From a virus (Duplodnaviria; Caudoviricetes), in IMG/VR virus record IMGVR_UViG_3300032292_000478, positions 1 to 26,941 of that record: 26,941 nt of DNA. The stretch is one strand, 5' to 3'. Shown piece after piece: positions 1-8,670 of this stretch; the stretch's first letter is position 1, and every line of letters begins with the position of its first letter. The notes beneath the pieces are model-generated. The model was not told where the DNA came from and did no database searches. It saw only the letters and a list, made by a program, of their open reading frames with translations. The position numbers and the translations under genes were made by a program.

Positions 1-432
1 AAAAACAAAAGTAATCAGGCAATGGATCCCAAGATACATGATGCATTAGGTGGCGGCTATATGAATCCATTGGCCAAACATTATGACACCCTATCACAAA
101 AATTCAGTAACAAAGCAGTGAAAGTAGGACAAAGAGATGCAGTGAAAAAGATCGCTTCTCCAGCAGTGATGCGTAAGATAGGAATGGCCGAGCAAGGTGT
201 GGCGGAAGATCAGGATCACGCATTCAAGCGTGGTGACCGCGTGTATGTGCGCAATCAGATCGGCAGCGACAGAGTGATTCGTGTGGTAGGCGATCAAGTA
301 TATCTAGAGAAGATGGGTCGCGCACCCATGCGTGATGTGAGTCGTGTGAATCCTGGCCTGGGTCAGCAACTAAAGACTGCGGGCACAGACATGATGCGTG
401 GTGTCAAAGGTTTTGTGACTGGTCGAGACTAA
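1..432 (+). CDS. 5'-truncated hypothetical phage protein, probable head-associated modular protein with a QGVAE linker followed by an SH3/KOW-like segment
   Basis: Frame 1 is open from base 1 to TAA at 430-432, so the true start is probably upstream of the window. Contains EQGVAED then FKRGDRVYV. Confidence 0.6.
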   Translation, partial: KNKSNQAMDPKIHDALGGGYMNPLAKHYDTLSQKFSNKAVKVGQRDAVKKIASPAVMRKIGMAEQGVAEDQDHAFKRGDRVYVRNQIGSDRVIRVVGDQVYLEKMGRAPMRDVSRVNPGLGQQLKTAGTDMMRGVKGFVTGRD

Positions 433-1853
433 TATGCGAGCCAAAGATCTGTTTGAAAAGAGCACCAGCCAGGCACAGTTCCGTACCATGGCGGCTGCTG
501 CCAACAATCCCAAGTTCGCCAAGAAGGTAGGCATCAGCCAAGATGTGGCCCGTGAGTTTCATGCTGCTGATCGCAAAAGCGACTACAAGAAGCTGCCGGA
601 CCATGCCAATGAATCACAGTTGAATGAACTGTTTGACGCTGATCAACAGTATTTCAAACTGGCTGATGGTCAAGTGATCCGCGCAGATTTCACACAGGCA
701 GGATTGAATCCCGATGGCATGTCCAGCAGCATCAAGATCTCCACAGTGGATCCCAAGATCATGCCCAGTGCTGCTACCACAGCCGTACAGCCCTGGGACA
801 AAGCTCGTCCCAATATCCGAGCAGCCATACAGAAGTGGGTGCAGGGTGGTCAGCAAGATGTGTCTGAAGCTGCCATTGCAGAAGATCTACGCAAATGGTT
901 CAAAGAGAAGTGGGTACGCTTTGGTCCCGATGGCAAGATACGTGGAGACTGTGCCCGTGGCAGTAGCAGCGAAGGTAAGCCAAAATGCTTGCCACAATCA
1001 AAAGCACAGTCTTTGGGCAAAAAAGGTCGTGCCAGTGCAGCGGCCAAGAAACGTCGAGAAGATCCTGATCCTGAGCGTCGTGGTGCAGCTAAGAATGTGG
1101 CTACCAAAGTCAAAGAACAAGATATAACAGAAAAGTGGAGTAAAAAATACAAAAGCAGTATCAACTGTAGTCATCCAAAGGGTTTCTCACAAAAAGCGCA
1201 TTGTGCTGGTAAAAAGAAACACAATGAAGATATCACCATGGAGATGACTTGTCCCGATTGTAACATGTGTGAAACACACGGAAATCACTCACATGCCAAT
1301 CTAGACGAAGCCTGCTGGAAAGGTTATCATAAAGAAGGCAACAAAGAACTGTTTGGCAAAACTGTGCCCAACTGTGTAAAGAATGAGGCAGTGGAGGAAT
1401 CTCATGAGATGTGTCCCGAGTGTGGCGGCAACATGTATCCCGACACTATGATCAATGAAAAGCAAGATGCTTGTTACTACAAAGTCAAGAGCCGATACAA
1501 GGTATGGCCCAGTGCCTATGCATCTGGCGCCCTGGTACAGTGCCGCAAGAAAGGTGCCAAGAACTGGGGCAACAAAACAGAAGGTGTGGCGGAAGGTTTG
1601 AACGAATTTGCACCTCCCAGCGGCGATGACGGTGACGATGGCTTCAGCGAAGAAACACTAAAGCGCATGGCCGCACAATGGTGGAATGGTGACCAAGATC
1701 CTGGCATAGAAAAAACACTTGCAGCCGCAGGTTGGGAAATCGGCCAGGATGAAGGCTACGACAACGGCGGTGTGTTTGTGGTGCAGGCAGGTGACGTCAA
1801 TGGCAACAGCTACATCAGCTGGCCTGCTGAAGAACTCGAAGGCTTGGCGGAAG
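194..1853 (+). repeat. Dispersed 15-bp direct repeat AAGGTGTGGCGGAAG encoding the G(V/L)AE linker
   Basis: Exact copies at 194-208 and 1581-1595; a 2-mismatch copy AAGGCTTGGCGGAAG at 1839-1853. Confidence 0.8.
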
Positions 1854-2032
1854 CACGCGGCAAAGATCAAGACCAGTTTGGAGGCATGCATCAAGATGAT
1901 TTCCAAGAGAAACTGATGCGACTCAAACAGTTGGCCCAAGCTGGCCCAATGAAAACTGTGTATGATCCCAACAAACGTGTGTACAAGAACATGCCCACAG
2001 CAGTACAACCCCCAAGGCAACCCAAGAAATGA
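434..2032 (+). CDS. Mosaic multi-module phage protein, putative head-packaged polyprotein
   Basis: 532-aa ORF of short basic or Cys-rich modules (CPDC, CPEC, CWKGY, WPSAYASG) separated by LFE/LNE/VSE/IAE/ITE/LDE/INE/VAE/LAE motifs. These resemble the T4 gp21 prohead-protease (I/L)-x-E sites. Function is inferred. Confidence 0.65.
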   Translation: MRAKDLFEKSTSQAQFRTMAAAANNPKFAKKVGISQDVAREFHAADRKSDYKKLPDHANESQLNELFDADQQYFKLADGQVIRADFTQAGLNPDGMSSSIKISTVDPKIMPSAATTAVQPWDKARPNIRAAIQKWVQGGQQDVSEAAIAEDLRKWFKEKWVRFGPDGKIRGDCARGSSSEGKPKCLPQSKAQSLGKKGRASAAAKKRREDPDPERRGAAKNVATKVKEQDITEKWSKKYKSSINCSHPKGFSQKAHCAGKKKHNEDITMEMTCPDCNMCETHGNHSHANLDEACWKGYHKEGNKELFGKTVPNCVKNEAVEESHEMCPECGGNMYPDTMINEKQDACYYKVKSRYKVWPSAYASGALVQCRKKGAKNWGNKTEGVAEGLNEFAPPSGDDGDDGFSEETLKRMAAQWWNGDQDPGIEKTLAAAGWEIGQDEGYDNGGVFVVQAGDVNGNSYISWPAEELEGLAEARGKDQDQFGGMHQDDFQEKLMRLKQLAQAGPMKTVYDPNKRVYKNMPTAVQPPRQPKK

Positions 2033-2229
2033 GAGCACAAGAGTTTGTGGTTGAAAAAAAACGCCTCAAGCGTTTGAAAGAACTCACGTTCATGGGTAGC
2101 CAATGCACCAAAGACTGTTCAGGACATCGTGCCGGTTACGACTGGTCAGTGGCACGTGGACGTCGCAGCGCCAGTTCATGGTCTCCCAGTTTCAACAAAG
2201 GCGCACAGTTAGCCGCCACAGGGCACTGA
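2029..2229 (+). CDS. Small hypothetical phage protein with a CxxxCxGH motif
   Basis: ATGA overlap with the previous stop. N-terminal MRAQEFVVE resembles MRAKDLFE of the upstream ORF. Contains CTKDCSGH. Confidence 0.65.
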   Translation: MRAQEFVVEKKRLKRLKELTFMGSQCTKDCSGHRAGYDWSVARGRRSASSWSPSFNKGAQLAATGH

Positions 2230-2230
2230 C

Positions 2231-2524
2231 ATGAAGGCTAAAAGCGTGCAGGTGCTGTGTGATGTGTATATCAAGAATCCCGGTGAGTATTCAAAATACC
2301 GTGTGTTTGTAGGTGACGAACTGTTTGCTGAACGCACCTGGCTTTGGACCGAACATTATCTTGAAGAAGTCATTGTAGTACGAGCCCGACCTGGGCATTA
2401 CCCTATTAGATACGAGTTAGTAAAACCAGAACAAGGTAGACTCAAAGTGCGTAATGTGCGCATTGGAACAGAAAGTGATCCTGCGGTGATACACGATGAA
2501 CAAATACTGGAGATCCTAGAATGA
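2231..2524 (+). CDS. Hypothetical protein
   Basis: 97-aa ORF packed tightly between its neighbours; no recognisable motif. Confidence 0.6.
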   Translation: MKAKSVQVLCDVYIKNPGEYSKYRVFVGDELFAERTWLWTEHYLEEVIVVRARPGHYPIRYELVKPEQGRLKVRNVRIGTESDPAVIHDEQILEILE

Positions 2525-2733
2525 AGATGCGCGAGATAATGGAAAATGCTTCTGTGGGATCCACATCATCAGGGTCCGTGGCACCTGTGTCAATGGCACT
2601 GGGCACACAATCAAGAGCCGGCGGTGGCCTGCTGAGTGGTAAATACACGACGGACCCTACTCCTAACACGCCCAAGGAATACAAAAGGAATAAAAATGCT
2701 CGCGGACAGTTTAAAAACTCTATTAGCAACTGA
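2521..2733 (+). CDS. Small hypothetical protein (MKMREIME leader, Ser/Gly-rich, basic tail)
   Basis: ATGA coupling, upstream GGAG, and the same type of leader as the other small ORFs. Confidence 0.6.
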   Translation: MKMREIMENASVGSTSSGSVAPVSMALGTQSRAGGGLLSGKYTTDPTPNTPKEYKRNKNARGQFKNSISN

Positions 2734-3139
2734 ATACGCCTTTTCAATCAAGGCACAGTTGTTCCACTGGAACGTGGAAGGACCTGACTTCGCGCAGTTA
2801 CACGAATTCTTTGGCAATCTCTACGAAGAAGTATACAACAACAGCATTGACAAAACCGCTGAGTATATACGCACCTTGGACGAATATGCCCCAGGCAGTT
2901 TTGAACGTTTCAATGAACTGAGCCTGATACCAGGTCAGACCAAGATACCCCGTGCCAGACTCATGATTGAAGAACTGTTGGCCAACAACAATACTTTGAT
3001 CGAACTGCTGAATGATTGCTTTGCAGTAGCCGAGCAAGAGAACAATCAAGGCATTGCTAACTTCATCGCCGAACGCCTGGATGCACAAGCCAAGCATGGT
3101 TGGATGCTGAAGTCATTCCTGAAAGATCAAAGAGCATGA
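2696..3139 (+). CDS. dps: Dps / ferritin-like DNA-protecting protein
   Basis: HWNVEGPDFAQLHEFF and D..AE ferroxidase signature, C-terminal KHGWML. Start placed at ATG 2696 after AAGGA. Confidence 0.93.
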   Translation: MLADSLKTLLATEYAFSIKAQLFHWNVEGPDFAQLHEFFGNLYEEVYNNSIDKTAEYIRTLDEYAPGSFERFNELSLIPGQTKIPRARLMIEELLANNNTLIELLNDCFAVAEQENNQGIANFIAERLDAQAKHGWMLKSFLKDQRA

Positions 3140-3819
3140 CCAATGACGTCCGCGACATCATGGAACGCCTAGCGGCTATCGAAGCCCGCACCACACCAGT
3201 GAGTGTCAAACATGGTTTGAACCAGCAGCAAAAAGGTGTGCCACAGATGCCGGCCCTGTTCAAACCCAAACATATCAGCGTGTTGGGTTCCAAGACCGAT
3301 CCCAAGCACCCTGCAGATGGCTACATGGTGGGCGATTCAGTGGAGCCTAAGAAAACTGCCTTGGAAGAAACCATGGGCGAGATCGAAGAGGACATGCTGA
3401 GCAAGGTCAAAAAGGATCTCAATCAGTATCTGGACAAGTTGGAGAAGAAGGTCAGCATTGATCGCACTCTCAAGGACAAGGCCATTGCTGCTGTACAAAA
3501 GGGTCAAGCCGAAGAAGAAATCGAAGAAGATGATTACGAACTCACTGAACCAGAAACTGTGCATGATGTAGAAGACAAAATCGACACAGCAGCGGCACAA
3601 CCACAGGCCCCCATCCAAACAGAAACCTTGGATGACGGCACAGTGTTTGAAGTACACGGTGATGAACAAAATGGTTTTGAAATACGTCATGGAGACCGCC
3701 CACTGCGCAGCCGTTTCCGTAACTTGGCAGACGCAGGTATGGCCATCGAACTGTTTCGCGCACGTCGCAAGCAACAGGCCAAACAGGATCTTAGCCAGGA
3801 CTACGTGGAAGAAAAATAA
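3136..3819 (+). CDS. Acidic hypothetical phage protein, possibly head-related
   Basis: ATG 3136 overlaps the dps stop (ATGA). Acidic central region with LEE/IEE motifs. Confidence 0.65.
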   Translation: MTNDVRDIMERLAAIEARTTPVSVKHGLNQQQKGVPQMPALFKPKHISVLGSKTDPKHPADGYMVGDSVEPKKTALEETMGEIEEDMLSKVKKDLNQYLDKLEKKVSIDRTLKDKAIAAVQKGQAEEEIEEDDYELTEPETVHDVEDKIDTAAAQPQAPIQTETLDDGTVFEVHGDEQNGFEIRHGDRPLRSRFRNLADAGMAIELFRARRKQQAKQDLSQDYVEEK

Positions 3820-3834
3820 CGAACTCTGGCCTTA

Positions 3835-3887
3835 GGACCGAGTGGGTGGCTCCTGCCCGGACCACTGGATTCGCTACCCAGTGGTCC
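3835..3887 (+). ncRNA. Candidate structured RNA or DNA element with a perfect 10-bp hairpin and an alternative pairing
   Basis: GGACCACTGG (3859-3868) pairs with CCAGTGGTCC (3878-3887). Alternatively TGGGTGGC (3843-3850) pairs with GCTACCCA (3873-3880). No U-tract; family unknown. Confidence 0.4.
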
Positions 3888-3904
3888 AAATGAGCAAACT
3901 GATC

Positions 3905-3932
3905 TTGACTATTGTATGGAATGCTGTATAAT
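3905..3932 (+). promoter_or_regulatory. Sigma70-like promoter for the replication module
   Basis: TTGACT (3905-3910), 16-bp spacer, TATAAT (3927-3932); SD AAGGAG at 3944-3949. Confidence 0.7.
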
Positions 3933-3956
3933 ATGCATTTTACAAGGAGTTTAGAC

Positions 3957-4217
3957 ATGTCCGACCGCGTTTTTACCTCAGAACAAAAAGCCAAGCTCAT
4001 CCAAATCATCAATGAAGGCATGCAGGTCATGCAAGAAGTTGAAACCTTGAACGATGGGTTGACCGACACCATCAAAGCCATTGCTGAGGAAATGGAACTC
4101 AAACCAGCCATTCTCAAGAAAGCTATCAAGATCGCGCACAAGGCCGAGTTTGGCAAAGCACAAGAAGATCACGAGCTATTGGAACAGATCCTGACCACAG
4201 CAGGCAAGACGCTATAA
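3957..4217 (+). CDS. Small dsDNA-binding protein, T4 DsbA / GapR-like
   Basis: 86-aa helical protein (IKAIAEEMELKPAILKKAIKIAHK) directly upstream of the polymerase. Start set at ATG 3957 from the SD. Confidence 0.65.
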   Translation: MSDRVFTSEQKAKLIQIINEGMQVMQEVETLNDGLTDTIKAIAEEMELKPAILKKAIKIAHKAEFGKAQEDHELLEQILTTAGKTL

Positions 4218-4220
4218 ATA
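4213..4220 (+). promoter_or_regulatory. T4-type late promoter consensus TATAAATA
   Basis: Exact TATAAATA overlapping the stop codon of the upstream gene. Confidence 0.5.
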
Positions 4221-4238
4221 TTTGCGAGAGCACGAGTC

Positions 4239-4289
4239 GCCCACGTCACGGGCAAGTTCAACGGCCAGTGGGCCATAAGCCACAAGGAG
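4239..4289 (+). promoter_or_regulatory. Structured 5' leader of the DNA polymerase gene, candidate translational operator
   Basis: Hairpin GCCC/GGGC (4239-4253). Hairpin GGCC/GGCC (4263-4274) whose loop GTG can pair with CAC (4281-4283) next to SD AAGGAG. Confidence 0.4.
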
Positions 4290-4292
4290 AAA

Positions 4293-6953
4293 ATGAGTTA
4301 CATCGACGCACTATTTGATCGTGAACACGATCGCATCCATGTTGTAGAACGCCGCGACGGCCAAAGACAGTATCGAGAATATCCGGCCAACTACATCTTC
4401 TACTACGATGATCCCAGAGGCAAGTTCCGCAGCATCTACGGCACATCCGTGTCAAGGTTCAGCACACGCAACAACAAAGAGTTCCGCAAAGAAGTGCGCA
4501 TGCACGGCGGCAAACAACTGTATGAGAGTGACATCAATCCCATTTTCCGTTGCTTTGAAGAGAACTACAAGGATCAGAATGCGCCAGAACTACACACAGC
4601 TTTCTTTGACATTGAGGTAGCCTTTGACAAGGAACGTGGATTCAGCCCTGTGGCAGATCCATTCAATCCTATCACTGCCATATCCATATATCTTGACTGG
4701 TTGGATCAACTGATCACATTGGCTGTACCACCCAAAGGATTGAGTTGGGACACGGCACAAGATCTAGTCAAAGAATTTGACAATACTGTGCTGTTTGAGT
4801 CTGAATCGGAAATGGTCAAATCCTTCCTGGACATCATTGATGACGCGGATGTGCTCAGTGGTTGGAACAGTGAGGGCTATGATATCCCTTACACAGTGAA
4901 CCGCATCACACGCATACTCAGTAAAGATGACACCAGGAAGTTCTGTCTTTGGGGACAACTGCCCAAGCAGAGAACATTTGAACGCTTTGGTGCCGAGAAT
5001 CAAACTTACGATTTGATTGGCCGTGTGCATATGGACTATATGCAACTGTATCGCAAGTACACCTATGAAGAACGCCATTCATACAGCTTGGACGCCATCA
5101 GTGAATACGAACTGGGTGAACGCAAGACACAGTTTGAAGGCACATTGGACCAACTGTACAATCAGCACTTTAAGACATTCATTGAGTACAACCGCCAAGA
5201 TACCATGCTGATTGGCAAGCTGGACAAAAAACTACGATTCCTGGACTTGGCCAACGAACTGGCACATGCCAATACTGTGCTGCTGCAAACCACAATGGGT
5301 GCCGTGGCTGTGACTGAACAGGCCATCATCAATGAAGCACATGAGCGTGGTATGGTGGTTCCAAATCGCAAACAACGACTCACAGACGAGGACACACAGG
5401 CTGCAGGTGCTTATGTGGCCTATCCCAGAAAAGGCATGCATGAATGGATTGGCTCAGTGGACTTGAACAGTCTGTATCCATCCACCATCCGGGCCTGTAA
5501 CATGGGACCCGAAACTATCGTAGGGCAACTGCGCCAGACCATGACTGATAGATTGATACACGATCACATCACATCAGGTATGAGCTTTGCAGCAGCATGG
5601 GAAGGCTTGTTTGGATCACTGGAATATACTGCTGTGATGGAACAACAGCGAGGTACAGAGATTACCATAGACTGGGAGTCTGGAGAAGAGTCTGTACACA
5701 GCGCCGCTGAAGTATGGAACTTGATCTACGACAGCAATCAGCCTTGGATACTCACTGCCAATGGTACCATACTCAGCTATGAGAAGAAAGGCATCATCCC
5801 AGGACTGCTGGAACGCTGGTATGCCGAACGCAAAGAGATGCAGGCCAAGAAAAAGGATGCCACTGACAAGAAGGAAGAAGCTTTCTGGGACAAGCGCCAG
5901 CTGGTCAAGAAGATTAACTTGAACAGTTTGTATGGTGCTATCTTGAATCCAGGCTGTAGATTCTTTGACAAGCGCATTGGTCAAAGCACCACGCTCACAG
6001 GTCGTGCTATCGCTAGACACATGGACGCCTACATCAATGAATGCATCACGGGCAAGTATGATCACGTGGGTGAAGCAGTGATCTACGGTGACACAGATTC
6101 GTGTTACTTCAGTGCCTGGCCTGTGTTGCGGAAGGAAGTCTCAGAAGGACGCATGACATGGAACAAAGAAACCTGCATCCAGCTATATGACAGCATAGCT
6201 GAACAGGTCAATGAAAGTTTTCCTGCATTTATGGAACAGAGTTTCCATTGTCCCAGAGACATGGGATCACTGATCCGAGCCGGTCGAGAAATGGTTGCTG
6301 ACCGTGGTTTGTTTATCACCAAGAAGCGTTATGCTGTGAACATCATTGACTTGGAAAACCGTAGACTGGATGTGGAAGGCAAGACAGGTAAGATCAAGGC
6401 CACAGGCTTGGATCTCAAGCGCAGTGACACACCCAAGGTCATACAAGACTTCCTTAGCGATGTGTTGGCAGATGTACTATCAGGTGCCGAACGTGAATCT
6501 ATCATTGAAAAGATCCGTGAGTTCAAGTATGCGTTCAAAGAGAGACCAGGCTGGGAGAAAGGTTCGCCCAAGCGTGTGAACAACTTGACCAAGTATGGCA
6601 AGGAAGAAGAACGACTGGGCAAAGCCAACATGCCAGGGCATGTGCGGGCTGCGCTGAACTGGAATACCTTGCGTAGGATGAATTCAGACAACTATAGCAT
6701 GGCCGTAGTAGATGGTATGAAGACCATAGTGTGCAAGCTCAAAAGCAATGCCCTGGGATGGACCAGCATTGGTTATCCCACAGATGAGCAGCATTTGCCG
6801 CAATGGTTTAAAGAACTACCTTTTGATGACAGCGAGATGGAAGCCACTGTGGTAGATGGCAAAGTAGACAACTTGCTGAGTGTGTTGGACTGGGATCTTG
6901 CCAGTGCCACCAATACCGAAAACACTTTCCAATCATTATTTTCATTCGAATGA
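4293..6953 (+). CDS. gp43: Family B DNA polymerase, T4 gp43-like
   Basis: ExoI FFDIEV, ExoII GWNSEGYDIPY, ExoIII YNRQD; polymerase motifs DLNSLYPS, KINLNSLYG, YGDTDS and KKRY. Confidence 0.97.
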   Translation: MSYIDALFDREHDRIHVVERRDGQRQYREYPANYIFYYDDPRGKFRSIYGTSVSRFSTRNNKEFRKEVRMHGGKQLYESDINPIFRCFEENYKDQNAPELHTAFFDIEVAFDKERGFSPVADPFNPITAISIYLDWLDQLITLAVPPKGLSWDTAQDLVKEFDNTVLFESESEMVKSFLDIIDDADVLSGWNSEGYDIPYTVNRITRILSKDDTRKFCLWGQLPKQRTFERFGAENQTYDLIGRVHMDYMQLYRKYTYEERHSYSLDAISEYELGERKTQFEGTLDQLYNQHFKTFIEYNRQDTMLIGKLDKKLRFLDLANELAHANTVLLQTTMGAVAVTEQAIINEAHERGMVVPNRKQRLTDEDTQAAGAYVAYPRKGMHEWIGSVDLNSLYPSTIRACNMGPETIVGQLRQTMTDRLIHDHITSGMSFAAAWEGLFGSLEYTAVMEQQRGTEITIDWESGEESVHSAAEVWNLIYDSNQPWILTANGTILSYEKKGIIPGLLERWYAERKEMQAKKKDATDKKEEAFWDKRQLVKKINLNSLYGAILNPGCRFFDKRIGQSTTLTGRAIARHMDAYINECITGKYDHVGEAVIYGDTDSCYFSAWPVLRKEVSEGRMTWNKETCIQLYDSIAEQVNESFPAFMEQSFHCPRDMGSLIRAGREMVADRGLFITKKRYAVNIIDLENRRLDVEGKTGKIKATGLDLKRSDTPKVIQDFLSDVLADVLSGAERESIIEKIREFKYAFKERPGWEKGSPKRVNNLTKYGKEEERLGKANMPGHVRAALNWNTLRRMNSDNYSMAVVDGMKTIVCKLKSNALGWTSIGYPTDEQHLPQWFKELPFDDSEMEATVVDGKVDNLLSVLDWDLASATNTENTFQSLFSFE

Positions 6954-7888
6954 AGCTAAGCCAACTAATCTCCTATCGTAATCTATTGCGAACCAAAGAG
7001 TTTGACCCAGAGTATGGTGCAATCACTGGACGCTTAGATCATATCGTACATACTGTGCAAAATCACAAAGTACAGTTTCCGTCATGTACCAAGGATGTTG
7101 CTCTACACTCAGACAATGTCAGACGGGCTATAAAAGGTTTCCATCGTGAACTAGAAACATTGAAAGTCGAGATCGAAACACAGATCGCCAGGCAGGAGAG
7201 ATCATACTATCAACAAAGCCTACGATGGTTCATTGACGAATCTCCCAATGAAACCACAGACTACATCTTAGATCGTCGGCTCAAAATCAGTGATGCAGAC
7301 AAAGAAGTCCTGTGCAATCGAATCCGTAGTCACAGTGATTGGAGATTGCCCGGGATGGTCTTACGGCCCGGTAAGGAAGATTTTATTGATATCATGGTCG
7401 CATTGGATCCGTTGTATGTGGTTGATCTGAGTGAAGCACTGTTACAACCTGCAGTCAGTCATTTTCCGGATATGTATCAAATTCGAGTACGACAGTATGT
7501 GATCAATGACAAAACTGATGACAAGATATTTGATCGCTTGCCCAAGGGTCAGTTTGGATTGATCTTTGCCTACAGCTATTTCAACTTCTTGCCCATGGAA
7601 ATGATCAAGCGTTATCTAGCAGAATCCATGGAACTGCTGCGTCCAGGCGGCACGATCATTTTTACTTACAATGATTGTGATCGAGAAGAATCAGTTGGGT
7701 CAGTTGAGAACCATTTCATGTGCTATACCCCTGGTGGAAAAATACAACAAATGGCCAAGGAACTTGGATTTGAGATTGAACGTAATGTGTATGGTGATCA
7801 TGGGCTGGCCTGGTTTGAGATGAGGCGGCCAGGCAAAGTATCCAGTATGCGTGGTGCTCAGACACTGGCAAAAATATATCGAATTTAG
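6950..7888 (+). CDS. Class I SAM-dependent methyltransferase-like protein with an N-terminal helical/coiled-coil region
   Basis: C-terminal FGLIFAYSYFNF...ELLRPGGTIIF resembles methyltransferase motifs; glycine-rich motif I is degenerate. Confidence 0.55.
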   Translation: MKLSQLISYRNLLRTKEFDPEYGAITGRLDHIVHTVQNHKVQFPSCTKDVALHSDNVRRAIKGFHRELETLKVEIETQIARQERSYYQQSLRWFIDESPNETTDYILDRRLKISDADKEVLCNRIRSHSDWRLPGMVLRPGKEDFIDIMVALDPLYVVDLSEALLQPAVSHFPDMYQIRVRQYVINDKTDDKIFDRLPKGQFGLIFAYSYFNFLPMEMIKRYLAESMELLRPGGTIIFTYNDCDREESVGSVENHFMCYTPGGKIQQMAKELGFEIERNVYGDHGLAWFEMRRPGKVSSMRGAQTLAKIYRI

Positions 7889-7917
7889 TTGCAAAATCTA
7901 AATAACCCTGTTATAAT
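7889..7917 (+). promoter_or_regulatory. Sigma70-like extended -10 promoter with an embedded TAAATA
   Basis: TTGCAA (7889-7894), 17 bp, TGnTATAAT (7909-7917); AAAATCTAAATA at 7893-7904; SD AGGAG follows. Confidence 0.75.
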
Positions 7918-7935
7918 AATCCATAGGAGAAAAAC

Positions 7936-8661
7936 ATGAGAGACTATCTTTTAGACTTAGTAGAACACACACACGACCTCGGCTGCATCGACTTGATCAA
8001 GATCACCGGCGATGACAAATCCACACAGATCGTGGGCATCGCCGAAGACCTTTCTGTGGTATTAGAAGGTGAACTTAAGAATCCACATCCTGACTTTGTT
8101 GGCACGTTTGGTATGCCTAACTTGAGCAAGCTCAAGATTATTTTGAGCTTACAAGAGTACAAGGAAAACGCCACGCTCAAGCTGTCACGCCGCAAGGACA
8201 CTGGCGTTCTCGATGGTATTGATTTTAGCAATGCCAATGGAGACTTCCGCAACAACTATCGCTTCATGACCGCAGAAGTGGTCACAGACAAACTCAAGAC
8301 TCCCAAGTTCAAAGGTGTCACTTGGCATATCGAGTTTGAACCCACAGTAGCTGCTATCCAGAAACTGCGCATGCAGGCACAAGCCAATGCTGAAGAACCC
8401 AACTTCCAGGCCAAGACTGAAAACGGTGACCTCAAGTTCTTCTTTGGTGATCACAGCACACACGCTGGTAACTTTGTGTTCCATCCCAGTGTTGGTGGCC
8501 AGTTGAAACGTGCATGGTCATGGCCTGCTGCACAAGTCATGGGTATCTTGGCTCTCACCGGGGACAAGACTGTGCGCATCAGCGATGATGGTGCTGCTAA
8601 AATCACTGTGGATTCTGGCCTGGCTGTTTACAACTACATCCTGCCAGCTCAAAGCAAATAA
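7936..8661 (+). CDS. Probable DNA polymerase sliding clamp, gp45/PCNA-like
   Basis: 241 aa, a clamp-like size with an alternating beta/alpha two-domain pattern, C-terminal YNYILPA, located beside the polymerase with a strong SD. The fold call is inferred. Confidence 0.6.
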   Translation: MRDYLLDLVEHTHDLGCIDLIKITGDDKSTQIVGIAEDLSVVLEGELKNPHPDFVGTFGMPNLSKLKIILSLQEYKENATLKLSRRKDTGVLDGIDFSNANGDFRNNYRFMTAEVVTDKLKTPKFKGVTWHIEFEPTVAAIQKLRMQAQANAEEPNFQAKTENGDLKFFFGDHSTHAGNFVFHPSVGGQLKRAWSWPAAQVMGILALTGDKTVRISDDGAAKITVDSGLAVYNYILPAQSK

Positions 8662-8670
8662 GGACTACTG

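Noticed and set aside
2636-2695. N-terminal extension of Dps, and likewise 3100-3135 for the next ORF
   Set aside because: SD position and ATGA coupling favour starts at 2696 and 3136.
3859-3887. Intrinsic terminator or tRNA
   Set aside because: No U-tract follows the stem on either strand, and no cloverleaf or canonical T-loop can be built.
3912-3956. Longer start for the DsbA-like ORF given by the ORF track
   Set aside because: It overlaps the promoter; the SD at 3944-3949 supports ATG 3957.
5500-5800. Intein or intron in the DNA polymerase
   Set aside because: The ORF is continuous at a normal gp43-like length, with no intein splice-junction or homing endonuclease motifs.
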